From Fibrobacteria bacterium (GTDB lineage Bacteria > Fibrobacterota > Fibrobacteria > UBA11236 > JADFYW01): a stretch of 64,000 nucleotides of DNA. Below are positions 18,101 to 27,600 of the stretch, piece by piece. Position 1 is the stretch's first letter. Each line of letters starts with the position of its first letter. The stretch spans positions 1 to 64,000 of the forward strand of contig JBNKOC010000001.1 in the NCBI GenBank assembly GCA_050294405.1, read 5' to 3'. The translations under genes were made by a program, and so were the position numbers. Under the pieces are notes generated by a model. It worked only from the letters and a program-made list of their open reading frames with translations. It made no database searches and was not told the origin of the DNA.

Positions 18101-18821
18101 ACAAAAACTCCACAAACAACATCAGGATTTGCTTCGTATTAACAAAGAATTAGAACAATTTGCCTATAGCACTTCACATGATTTGCGCAGTCCTCTGAAA
18201 ACCATCCAAGGTCTTTCTGAAGCTATTTCTGAGGAATTGGAAGACAACGAAATTGAGTTAGCAAAACAATATAATTCCAAAATTGAGCAAAACGCCATTC
18301 GGCTTGACAATTTAATTATCGATATCTTTGAGTATACAAAGGCCAGTTCAGATAGCGAGGAAATGGCCCCAGTTAACTTTAAAAGTTTAATTAAGGAAAT
18401 AGTCACTAACGGTTTGGCAAGTTATGATAATAATACCGTCCAGCTAAAAACGAACTTTAATCACCGGTCCAAATTTAAATCTCAAAATGTTAGGATATAT
18501 CAAATCCTATCCAACCTAATTTCCAATGGCATAAAGTATTCCAATCCAAAATCAAAGAGTCAATATGTGGAAATTTCAACCCGCGATTTGCCGAAAAACC
18601 AACTGGAAATTGTGGTTAGGGACAACGGAATAGGGATTCCCAAAGACTCCCAGGATAAAGTTTTTTCTATGTTTTTCAGGGCGAACAGTGTGGAAAAATC
18701 CGGTACGGGTCTTGGACTGTCATTAGTAAAAAAACATGTGGATAGTTTAAAAGGAAAAATTGATTTTAAATCTAATACCAGGGGAACGGAGTTCCGGGTT
18801 ACGTTGCCCAATGCAGTGTAG
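15114..18821 (+). CDS. CheB-CheR-coiled coil-PAS-PAS-histidine kinase fusion (MAC1 type)
   Basis: CheB triad GASAGG/VQH/GSDG; CheR VTSFFRD, ACSTGEEAYS, CRNFLIY; NEEL heptads; PAS; SHDLRSPL, NLISNGIKY, DNGIG, GTGLGL. Confidence 0.93.
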   Translation: MQMLENKDKKIASKEGYVIGVGASAGGIDVLKVFFSRLPKEVPHSFVIVQHLSSDYKSLMADLLKKHTSLPIHTVEQGMKLEKGHIYLIPSGKNLSIKKDCFELSQKPDKSKINFPIDIFFDSLAQNYKSKAIAVVLSGTGSDGSRGIKKIKENGGFVITQSPETSQFDGMPHASISTGFVDTILAPEDMPEQIMRYIRSPKVELTQFERNVIKDRQNFNKILELISDFANINFSWYKKPTLIRRLARRMHLNHCETLSQYYKFVLSSAQELSDLVNELFIGVTSFFRDSSAFSYLQKNVVRELVRNCPVDQSIKVWSIACSTGEEAYSTAILFKEAMEELRVFRELKIFATDVSKEAIEKAGMGSFDKKAISRVSNERLKKFFYYKKGEYTINFDIRQCIIFAQHNALNNPPFKNVDLIICRNFLIYLEPSFQKKMINIIHYSLKEKGYLFLGPSESLGEFSSQFTVLNRKWKIYKNKILSSGLISESLQFTPSIQTSQLYPKTNWQISKEGGMERQFASNLNDILCSQFGAAAIYVDKNFDILYGIGNYKKYLNMPDHYISFNLLHMLPKEASLALSTTSRKVLKTGEKVICKSIPFEQEEVSSRVDILLCPANLSKGTLNVFQLVVFLESQVSDTSQMFLPTNNSNEENSFVGILETELRDTKENMRTILEELETSNEEHQATNEELLAANEELQSTNEELQSVNEELHSVNTEHQLKIEELSILNSDMENLITSTQIGTIFLTNDFRIRKFTPAIKEQLTLLDGDVGRPIHHFTSHFVDDDNKKFLKHLHSVVKNRVPIKDELQTKDGSWYLSQFFPFMRNSNVQDGAVVSFVDINEIKETRKQLELQRQVLIQRNKELEHSTKALMDSEETFRSIFASAPEGILIADDKGKIVRYNQTLADMMGYDTSELIGKEVEVLIPPELRKGHVKYRKDFQKNEKNNREMGAGRDLNAVRKNGELFPVEIGLAPFEATGKKFVSALVVDITERKKVEQKLHKQHQDLLRINKELEQFAYSTSHDLRSPLKTIQGLSEAISEELEDNEIELAKQYNSKIEQNAIRLDNLIIDIFEYTKASSDSEEMAPVNFKSLIKEIVTNGLASYDNNTVQLKTNFNHRSKFKSQNVRIYQILSNLISNGIKYSNPKSKSQYVEISTRDLPKNQLEIVVRDNGIGIPKDSQDKVFSMFFRANSVEKSGTGLGLSLVKKHVDSLKGKIDFKSNTRGTEFRVTLPNAV

Positions 18822-18823
18822 TT

Positions 18824-19258
18824 GTGATGAGGATATTAATGGACAGGATGAATGCAGTTTTAGTGGTGGACGATAACGAGTCCGATTTATTACTAATTGA
18901 GAGGGCCTTGAAGCGCTCCGAATGTTGCGACAAGGTTTTTACAGCCGAGAATGGAATAGAAGCTCTTCAATTTTTACAAAATATTAAAGACGGAAAAAAT
19001 GTTTCAGATTTAAAATCGCCACCTGAACTCATTTTGCTCGATTTAAGTATGCCTCGCATGAATGGCTTTGATTTTCTTGAGGAATACACCAATTCTAATT
19101 TAGGTTCCAACAATACCTCCATTGTTATTCTAACAACATCTATCAATGGGGTCGACATGGAAAAAACCAGGAAATACGGAGCTACCAAAGGTTATCTTAC
19201 CAAGCCCCTTTCCACTTTTAAGGTAAAAGACTCCTTACTTCCCTTGCTTAATCCCTAA
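18824..19258 (+). CDS. Single-domain response regulator (CheY/Rcp1-like)
   Basis: VLVVDDN, LILLDLSMPRMNGFDFL, ILTTS, YLTKP; start could be a few codons downstream. Confidence 0.9.
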   Translation: MMRILMDRMNAVLVVDDNESDLLLIERALKRSECCDKVFTAENGIEALQFLQNIKDGKNVSDLKSPPELILLDLSMPRMNGFDFLEEYTNSNLGSNNTSIVILTTSINGVDMEKTRKYGATKGYLTKPLSTFKVKDSLLPLLNP

Positions 19259-19331
19259 CGTTTCCAATACATTTTTTTATCTTTCTAATGGAATGTATGG
19301 GGCCTTTTTCCCCGCAATTTGGAATTAGTCT

Positions 19332-19991
19332 ATGGAAAATTGGATTCGTATACATAAAGCCTCTCTTCAAATCGATGAAGAACTTCTTTTAGAACTTTCG
19401 GATTTTGAATATTCCAAAGGTGAAAAAATATGTATTACGGGCCTTTCTGGTTCCGGAAAGTCCAGCTTTCTAAAAAGTCTGGCTGGGTTTTTTCCCATAA
19501 AAGCCAGTGAGGCTAAACTTTTTGGCTTTGTCCTTGACCCCAAAAACATATATAACATCCGAAAAAAAATGGGCTTTTTGGCGCAAAAACCTTTTTTGGG
19601 AAATGGAAATGTATTAGAAGCTTTAAAGCTGCCTTTTAGTTTTATTCAAAACAGGGACAAGTCTTTTTCCAAAAGCAAGGTTTTGGAGTTCTTGGAAAAA
19701 TTAAGGCTAAAAGAAGATATTATAAATCAAAATTGCCAGAATTGTTCCGGGGGTGAGCTGCAAAGACTTAGCCTGCTTCGCATATTGCTATTGGAACCCC
19801 AATTGGTGTTATTAGATGAGCCGACCACTGGTTTGGATTCTGAATCCAAACGGGCCATGATGGAAGTTTTGCAAAATATATCCAGCAGTATTTGCGTTTC
19901 CCATGATGAGGATTACATATCAACTATAAACAAAGTATACGAAATAAAAAACAAACAATTAATTTTAAAAGGAAGTTCTAACAGTTGGTAG
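19332..19991 (+). CDS. ABC ATP-binding protein (FetA/YbbL-like)
   Basis: Walker A GLSGSGKS, signature CSGGELQR, LLDEPT, SHD; adjacent to UPF0014 permease. Confidence 0.85.
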   Translation: MENWIRIHKASLQIDEELLLELSDFEYSKGEKICITGLSGSGKSSFLKSLAGFFPIKASEAKLFGFVLDPKNIYNIRKKMGFLAQKPFLGNGNVLEALKLPFSFIQNRDKSFSKSKVLEFLEKLRLKEDIINQNCQNCSGGELQRLSLLRILLLEPQLVLLDEPTTGLDSESKRAMMEVLQNISSSICVSHDEDYISTINKVYEIKNKQLILKGSSNSW

Positions 19992-20028
19992 TCAGAATTT
20001 TTTCCAGAGTGCGTAAAGAGGAAATATT

Positions 20029-20829
20029 ATGACTCAAGACTTGGGAATTTTTTCCATGTTAGGCATATATTCCCTGGTTATTTTGCCTTTGTTTATTATT
20101 TGGAAATTAGAAAAAATCCTGTTTAAAAAGGCCGTAATTGCCCTGCTGCGGATGACTGGCCAACTGTTGTTTATTGGGTTGTATCTAAAATATTTGTTTC
20201 AGTGGAATTCCTGGCTGGTAAATTGCCTCTGGATATTAATTATGTTAGGCATTGCCAATTGGTCTACCTTAGAAAGCGCAGGGCTAAATCGGAAAAAATT
20301 ATTTATGGCCAGTTTTTATGGAACGGCTTTTGCCAGCCTTACGGTTGGACTTTTTTTTATTGGGGCCATTGTCAGGCCGACCCCAATTTTTGATGCCATG
20401 TATCTGATTCCCGTATTTGGTATGATTTTAGGCAACTGCATGCGGGGAAATGTAATGGCTTTGGAAAGATACTTTAACGATATACATGCTAAAAAAGCCG
20501 AAATTTACAGTTACTATACGCTCGGAGCTAATTTTAAAGAAGCCACTCGTCCTTTTTATACCCGCGCCCTGGGAGCTGCGGTCGGACCTTCCATAGCCAC
20601 CATGGCTACCATGGGGATTGTTTCTCTTCCTGGGATGATGACGGGACAAATCTTAGGCGGAGCCTCGGCATTGGTGGCCATAAAATACCAATTGGCTATT
20701 ATGATTTGCATTTTTACGACTTTAGTATTTGGGGCAGCCCTCAATATTTATTTTTGCAATAAAATTGCCTTTGATGCCTGGGGGAATCCCAAAGAGGATA
20801 TTCTGTTAACTCCCAAGTCAAAAAGTTAA
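20029..20829 (+). CDS. ABC permease, FetB/YbbM (UPF0014) family
   Basis: RMTGQLLFIG, IPVFGMILGN, GIVSLPGMMTGQILGG, AIKYQ. Confidence 0.9.
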   Translation: MTQDLGIFSMLGIYSLVILPLFIIWKLEKILFKKAVIALLRMTGQLLFIGLYLKYLFQWNSWLVNCLWILIMLGIANWSTLESAGLNRKKLFMASFYGTAFASLTVGLFFIGAIVRPTPIFDAMYLIPVFGMILGNCMRGNVMALERYFNDIHAKKAEIYSYYTLGANFKEATRPFYTRALGAAVGPSIATMATMGIVSLPGMMTGQILGGASALVAIKYQLAIMICIFTTLVFGAALNIYFCNKIAFDAWGNPKEDILLTPKSKS

Positions 20830-20866
20830 ACTTCATGCTGGCCTCAAAAAAACCTATCTTAATGCT

Positions 20867-21199
20867 ATGGAAGAAAAAAATACAGAAAACGAAGCTCAAA
20901 AAGAATCCGCCATTCCAGAAACTCCCGAATTAGAAGAAAACTCCGGGAATTCTCAGTTTAAACGAATCTTCCAAAAAGTAAAGTCCAACTCTGTGGCCGT
21001 TATACTCGGTGCGGTTTTGCTATTTGTGGCTCTGTTCATCATCCAAAATTTAAACAGCGTATCAGTGCGTTTTTTATGGATGGAATTTAGAATGGTGCTG
21101 TCGCTAGCCCTGATTTTTGCCTTAGCATTGGGGTATGTTATTGGAGTGTTTTGGACGCGGATAAAAGATCTTATTTTATCACGCCGAAATAAGGCCTAA
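20867..21199 (+). CDS. LapA-family (DUF1049) membrane protein
   Basis: TM-FIIQNLNSVSVRFL-TM pattern. Confidence 0.7.
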   Translation: MEEKNTENEAQKESAIPETPELEENSGNSQFKRIFQKVKSNSVAVILGAVLLFVALFIIQNLNSVSVRFLWMEFRMVLSLALIFALALGYVIGVFWTRIKDLILSRRNKA

Positions 21200-22426
21200 T
21201 TTTTTTGAAGCTTGTTGTTCCATTGCCTGGAGCAGCCAGTTGGCGCAACTTTCTCCAAATCCAGGGTCATTTATGGCGCCATCCCAGACTTTAATTCGGT
21301 TTTCGTTTTTCAGTTTGTTTTTTAATCCCGCTAAAAGTTGAGCATCCCATTCTGGTGCCCAAAAGCTTTCGCCAAAAGATCCCAAAGCAGAAAACCCCTT
21401 ATTGGGATATTGAAATATGACATGGGGAGGGTACTGATTGATTTTCTCACCCAAAAATTCCCCAATTTGAAACATTTCTTCAGCATTGGTGCGCATTAAG
21501 GTCACCTCTGGGGTGTGGGGGTAAAATTTTCTTCCTGAAAACCAACTTGGAATACTGTCTCTTCCGTGAAAATTGACCATGTCCAGGCAGCCTGGAGCAA
21601 TCACCGTTGGAATATTCATTTTAGCGGCGGCCTCCAGACGGCTGGGGCCTGCTGTTAAAACTCCACCCACGATTTCATCCGCAATTTCTGTGGTGGTTAA
21701 GTCTAAAACTCCAGAAATTTTACCGGATAAGATCAATTTTTCCATGGTTCGTCCGCCATTTCCCGTGGCGTGAAAAACCAATACATCATAACCGTTTTTT
21801 TCCAGTACACTCCGGGCTTCATTGACACACGCAGTGGTATTGCCAAACATAGTAGCAGCTACTAAAGGCCTGGACAGGGTAGGGGGCAGGGGACTGTAAT
21901 TTTGCGCCATTCCAGCAAGGGCTGCTGCGGCCTGATTAAAAATCATTTTTGAAATTTCATTTAACCCTGCTACATCCACCACAGATGGAAAAAGATTAAT
22001 ATCAGTGCCTTCGATGTATTGTGCGGTATTTCCCGTGGCCATGGTGGTGATCATTACTTTAGGAAATCCCAACGGCAAACCCCGCATGGCCGCGGTGCCG
22101 ATGGCTGTTCCTCCACTGCCTCCAATGGCTATGACTCCCTGAATGGAATTTGTTTTGCAATATTGAGGCACAAAATGAGAGATGGCATGGCACATGGCAT
22201 CCATACATTGGGAACGGGTGCCTTCCGTGGCAAATAAGTCGGGTTGTATACCAGGAATAGATTCCAAAATTTCTTCCCGGCGGATATCGGCCCTGGGGCC
22301 TGCTTGGGTTCCAACACTAACATCCGCCAGAATAGGTTGAAGCCCTAAGTGCCGTAAAGACTGTTTTATAAATTGCAGTTCTTCTGATTTGGAATCAGCG
22401 GTTCCAATCAATAAAACTTTGGTCAT
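21179..22426 (-). CDS. UPF0261 / Tm-1-like ATP-binding domain protein
   Basis: IGTADSKSEE, GGSGGT, LPLGFPK, SVVDVAGLN, TMFGNTT, VFHATGNGG, PGCLDMVNF, TLMRT; start refined to ATG at 22426. Confidence 0.9.
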   Translation of the reverse strand: MTKVLLIGTADSKSEELQFIKQSLRHLGLQPILADVSVGTQAGPRADIRREEILESIPGIQPDLFATEGTRSQCMDAMCHAISHFVPQYCKTNSIQGVIAIGGSGGTAIGTAAMRGLPLGFPKVMITTMATGNTAQYIEGTDINLFPSVVDVAGLNEISKMIFNQAAAALAGMAQNYSPLPPTLSRPLVAATMFGNTTACVNEARSVLEKNGYDVLVFHATGNGGRTMEKLILSGKISGVLDLTTTEIADEIVGGVLTAGPSRLEAAAKMNIPTVIAPGCLDMVNFHGRDSIPSWFSGRKFYPHTPEVTLMRTNAEEMFQIGEFLGEKINQYPPHVIFQYPNKGFSALGSFGESFWAPEWDAQLLAGLKNKLKNENRIKVWDGAINDPGFGESCANWLLQAMEQQASKKLGLISA

Positions 22427-22707
22427 AAAAACGGGCACCCCTTTTGGCCTTTTAATCCTTCTCATCAGGCGCATTACGCCAACTTATACTCTTTAATTTA
22501 CCTGCTAGCCTCAACTTCGCTACTGATTTTTCGCTTATTCCAGGTAAATTTTTGCCAGTGAAATATAAAAAGCAATTTGCCCCTCCCCAAGATATTGTGC
22601 GCCGCCGGGCCCTGATACTCCACATGGAGAATATGCTTAAAGAGCAGAAAAAAAAGCAATTTTTTGTTTGCACCGCCGCTTTCAGATCCATACATTGAAT
22701 ATCCCTT

Positions 22708-23325
22708 ATGATAAAAAGAAAAACAAAATACAGCATGCTTCTTTTGGTTGGAATGGGCCTTGCCTCCGCCTCTTCTAATTTTGATTACAAACAAGAAGCC
22801 CCTTGGGAGGAAGGTTATCAACCTGGCGTTTTCGAAGGCTTGCATTTTGAAAACGACCATATTAAGCGCCTGGAGAAAGGCTATAAAAGAACCATTGATT
22901 ATGGAATCATCCTTTCCAGGGAATATGTATTTGGCAATAGCTACAATGTTTTTTTCAATCAGGAAAAAAATGAACTGGTAGTGGAATTTGGCGATATGAA
23001 ATTGGGGGAAAGCGAATTGGCAACCGAATATTCCTACCCCATTGTTAGCATGGAATTTGACGAGTACATTGTGGATCAAAATCAATTATTAAGCGGCACA
23101 GAATCTGAATTCAAATATGTGACCAGCATTAAATTTACTTTTGATGAAAAAGTGGATTATAAGGTAAACATCAACGAATTCAACGAACTTAAAATTTCAC
23201 TTAGCCACCAATTGCCACTGGAAGATTTTGCAGAACCAGCTCAAACTGAGGAACATGCTTTATCCAAGTTTAAAAACTGGATAAAAGATGCTGTAAAAAT
23301 GGCCAAGCTAAAAAGCTTGCGTTAA
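22708..23325 (+). CDS. Secreted hypothetical protein, possibly AMIN-like beta domain
   Basis: Signal peptide, acidic composition, beta-strand pattern FFNQEKNELVVEF. Confidence 0.6.
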   Translation: MIKRKTKYSMLLLVGMGLASASSNFDYKQEAPWEEGYQPGVFEGLHFENDHIKRLEKGYKRTIDYGIILSREYVFGNSYNVFFNQEKNELVVEFGDMKLGESELATEYSYPIVSMEFDEYIVDQNQLLSGTESEFKYVTSIKFTFDEKVDYKVNINEFNELKISLSHQLPLEDFAEPAQTEEHALSKFKNWIKDAVKMAKLKSLR

Positions 23326-23333
23326 TTAAAAGA

Positions 23334-24389
23334 TCAGTCTGCCGGAAAGAGATTATTATCCGGCTCGGGAATTGTAGATGGGGGAAGTGGAGCTGGGTCT
23401 TCCTGTAGCAAAAACCAAATTCCCGCAGCAGCCCCGCCAATTACCGCTACACTACCAAGTCCCCAATACAAAACAGCTTTTGCTCCGGATTGGTTTTCGT
23501 AACGGCGTTGGCTCCTTTTATAGCTGTCCAGGTCCACGCCGGATTGGTTAGTTCCGGTTGTTCCATAGCCATCATCTGTGGAGGTGGCCACAGCAGCGGA
23601 GTTAATATCGCCCTGGCCGTAAAGTTCTACCTGGTAATAGGGGCCTTGCTGGGATTCAGAAAAAAACATTTCATTTTTGCTTTTGATTACGAGCTTGGAG
23701 TAGGGAATTCCATTAAAGCTCACCCCATCTTCCAATTTAAAGTGGCTGATAAAATTAGCACGGGAAGGTTTTATAAAATCATTGGAACTGGCTCCGGTGT
23801 TTTGAAAAAGAAAAATGGCAGAGCGGCTGTCTAAACTCATAAAAGCTTTTTTTCCCTGCATGCCTGGGTCGAATTCAAATTTTAAGGTGGCGGAGTTGTT
23901 GGCATCGCTGCTGGCTTGAAAACTGCTGATAATAACCGGGGCAGCGTCTAAGGGCAACCCCACAAAATTATAGCTGGTTATGATTTTGTCGTCTTCAAAA
24001 CGGTGGTCGGGGGTGATTTTTGTTTCAAGATATAAATTAAAGACCAAATTCCCGGTTTCTTCAGAGCCCGCTTCCAATTCACCGTGCAGAATGGGGATTT
24101 CGGTGAGGTTGGGTATGCGGGCGGAGCTTCTGCAGCCATCTATGGCATAAGTAACAACGTATACTTCGTTTAGCTCGTGAATAGAAACGTCGTATAAAAT
24201 GTTTTCGTCGGGGGCATCGAAATCCATAATCAAATCTGCCCCTTTATTGGTTTTTTTTAGGCTAACTGACTGAAGGTTGCAGGCAGCACTCAATGGCTCG
24301 GCAAGCAAAATTACTATCAGCGCGAAAACTATTCCTAAAGCAGGCCTCAAACACAGGCCCAAATTGTAATGGTTTTTCAAAGAACCCAC
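23334..24389 (-). CDS. Exported hypothetical protein with C-terminal Gly-rich membrane anchor and Pro-rich tail
   Basis: Signal peptide; WGLGSVAVIGGAAAGIWFLL then PAPLPPSTIPEP. Confidence 0.65.
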   Translation of the reverse strand: MGSLKNHYNLGLCLRPALGIVFALIVILLAEPLSAACNLQSVSLKKTNKGADLIMDFDAPDENILYDVSIHELNEVYVVTYAIDGCRSSARIPNLTEIPILHGELEAGSEETGNLVFNLYLETKITPDHRFEDDKIITSYNFVGLPLDAAPVIISSFQASSDANNSATLKFEFDPGMQGKKAFMSLDSRSAIFLFQNTGASSNDFIKPSRANFISHFKLEDGVSFNGIPYSKLVIKSKNEMFFSESQQGPYYQVELYGQGDINSAAVATSTDDGYGTTGTNQSGVDLDSYKRSQRRYENQSGAKAVLYWGLGSVAVIGGAAAGIWFLLQEDPAPLPPSTIPEPDNNLFPAD

Positions 24390-24694
24390 CCCGTGATTTT
24401 TAACTTTTTAAATATACACCTTTGAGGCAAACTGTGTTTCCCATTTTTTAAAAAGCTCGAAAATTTTGCAAAAAAACGTGGTTAGGCCCAATAAGGCTTC
24501 GAAATTTAGGACCAAACAGTTCCATTTGCCACAATTTAACCTGGATAATTTGCAAAAAAGCTTAAAATTATGAAGTTTAGTGAAAAAGAGCACTTTGGCA
24601 TCCGTTTATTTGCCTATATTAGAAATCGGGTGCCTTAAATTGGTTTTTTTGGACTATTTAGGGGTTTCAGTGAATTGGCAGGATTAAGGGGGCC

Positions 24695-27600
24695 ATGGAA
24701 AGATTTTATGATTCTTTGAAAAAAGTTCCTGGTTTTAAAATACAGGGAATATTGGCTCTTTTTTGTTTCCTAACAGCTCCGGTATTTTCTCAGTTAGATG
24801 GATGGGATTACAGTTCTCAAATTTCCATCAATACATCCTTGACCGGTGCAAACATCGCAACCGATGTAGATGATTTTCCCCTGCTTGTTCGACTAACATC
24901 CACCAATTTTGATTTTGATGTGGCTTCTTCCACCGGAGCGGATATTCGTTTCACCCTGGACGACTTAACCACTGAGCTCAGTTACGAAATTGAGCGCTGG
25001 AATCCAACTTTAGGGGTTGCTGAGATATGGGTTTTGGTGCCCACCATCAATGGCAATGACAATAACCAATCTATTTATATGTGGTACGGCAACCCCAATG
25101 CGGCAAGTGAAAGTGATGGAGCCGCTGTTTTCGGCAGCACAAACGGATATTCCCATGCATGGCATTTAAATGAAAACCCTGCTGGGGGGGCTAATGCCAT
25201 CAAAGACAGAACCTCCAGGTCTGTGGATGGAACTCCAACTGGCGGCATGGCCAACAACCAGTCCGTGACTGGTGTAGCAGGCCAGGGCATCAGCTACGAT
25301 GGAACAGATGACCACATTGATCTGGAAGACATGACATTCGACTACACTAATGGTATGACGGTTTGCGGATGGATGTATTATCGATCTTTTAACAACTGGT
25401 CACGAATGATTGATTGCGGCGTGGGTTCGGGAGACCAGGTATTTTTATTGGGCAATATGGGCACCGGGGGTGATCTGCGTTGGGAAATATACAACGGCAC
25501 CACTCCTTCCACCCTGGACGTCACTGGCTATTATACTGTGGATACATGGACTCATGTTTGCGCCTCCTGGGATCCCGCCGGTACTATGGAAGTTTTTAAA
25601 AACGGAGTTTCCGCAGGTACTTTAACTTCAAATGTCAATGGCCTTGGGAATGCCACCCGCAATAGCTGTTATCTGGCGAGATCCAATTGGTCGGGTGATG
25701 ACTATTTTAATGGCGTTCAGGATGAAATTACCATTTCCAATAACCCCAGAAGCGCAGCTTGGGTGAAGTTAACCTACGAAACTCAGAAGACCACCTTACC
25801 TGCAACAGTAACTGTTTTCGCAGGTGAAAGAAGCAACCAGGCGCCCACTAACATTGTGCTTTCCGCAAATACAGTAAAAGAAGGCTTTCCTATTGGCACT
25901 GTGGTAGGTTCCTTTAGCACAGTGGATCCCGATGCTGGAGATAGCCATACATACTCCTTGGTTCAAGGTACCGGCGATGCGGACAATGGCAGCTTTAGCA
26001 TTGAAGGTTCCACCTTATTAACGGCAGAAGTTTTTGATTACCGTCTTAAGCAAAGTTATTCTATCCGGGTGGAAACCAGAGATGATGGCACGGGAGAACT
26101 CACCTTTGCCAAGGTTTTTACCATAACCATTGAAGATGTAATAGATCCCCCGGATAATTTGGTGTATAGCCAGGGTGTGGCCTTGTCTTATGTGGAAGGC
26201 AGCGCCATAGTCACAAATGAATTGTCTTATACGGGAGACAGCGCAACATTTCAAGTGACTCCTGCTTTGCCAACTGGTTTGGTTTTAGATCCTGCCACAG
26301 GAGACATTAGTGGAACTCCAACCACAGCTCAGGTTGCCACTACCTACAGTGTGATAGGCACTAATGCGGGAGGTGGGGATACAATTGTTATCAGTATCAC
26401 CATCAATGTAGCTTCGGGAATTCCCACCAACCTTTCTTATGACAAACCCAACCCCATTTCCTATACCATTGGGGTGGATATTGGAACCACCAGTCTTTCT
26501 TATTTAGGTGGAACAGCAACTAGCATATCCATTGATAAAATATTGCCCCAGGGTCTTATTTTTAATCCTGGCGATGGTTCTATCACTGGTACTCCTTTAG
26601 TGCTCTCTCCAGCAACGGATTATATTGTTACTGTAACCAACCCATTTGGCAGTGGTACCTATACTTTAAACATTGCTGTGGTGGATGCCCCCCAAATTCC
26701 AGCTAACATCAGTTATACAGGCGGCAATGTGATTACTTATATGGAAGATGTGGAAATTTCCGGGAATATTCTTAGCTATACCGGGGAGCAGATTACCTCT
26801 GTAACCATTACTCCAGATTTACCCGCTGGTCTTAGCATCGACCCCGTATTTGGAACTATAACTGGAACTCCCACAGAAGTTTCTCCCAGTACCGATTACA
26901 CTTTAACCCTTACCAATGTTGCCGGGATTGGAACACAAGTTATAAATCTTACGGTGGTGGCTTTTGATCCTACCTTGCCCGAAGTGGACTCCATTACCAG
27001 TCCATTTGGCGACACTACCATGATATTAGGAGAAAGCGTACCCCTTACCTTGCATTTTTCCAGTAAGACGACTCTCAGTGGGGGAAACTTGAGGGTGCAT
27101 CTCAATGCGAGTACAACCTTAGATCATTACGCGATTATAGAACCCTTTACCGCCCAGGATAGTGTGCAATTTGAATATGTGGTTCAATTGGGCGATAATA
27201 AAGGCGGATTTGGAGTCACTGAATTAAAGCTAGATGAGGGCGCCACAATTAAAGATTATGTGTTTCGCAACTTGGACCTTTCCTTTAACATTGCAAAAAA
27301 CCTTCCCTTCAGATCAAAAATAAATTTAAGCGCCACACGGGCAGGTCTGGTTTCGGCACAGGTGTCCCAAGGTGGGGGAGATACATTGGGATTGATCCCC
27401 GGTGTAATTTTGATTATTCCTCCAAATCCTGCCATAAATGCCCAGGATATTTTTGCCCATCAGGAAACAGCTACGGCAGCTCCAGGTTTCGTAGTAGGGC
27501 CAAATCCTACCTTTTCCGATGCCACTGGCAACCCCTTGGTTTTTCCCGATTCCGTAGAAGTCAGGTTGCAACTGAGCGACAATACTATTTCTCCCGAGGA

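Noticed and set aside
22498..23085. 195-aa minus-strand ORF
   Set aside because: Antisense to the more plausible signal-peptide gene 22708-23325
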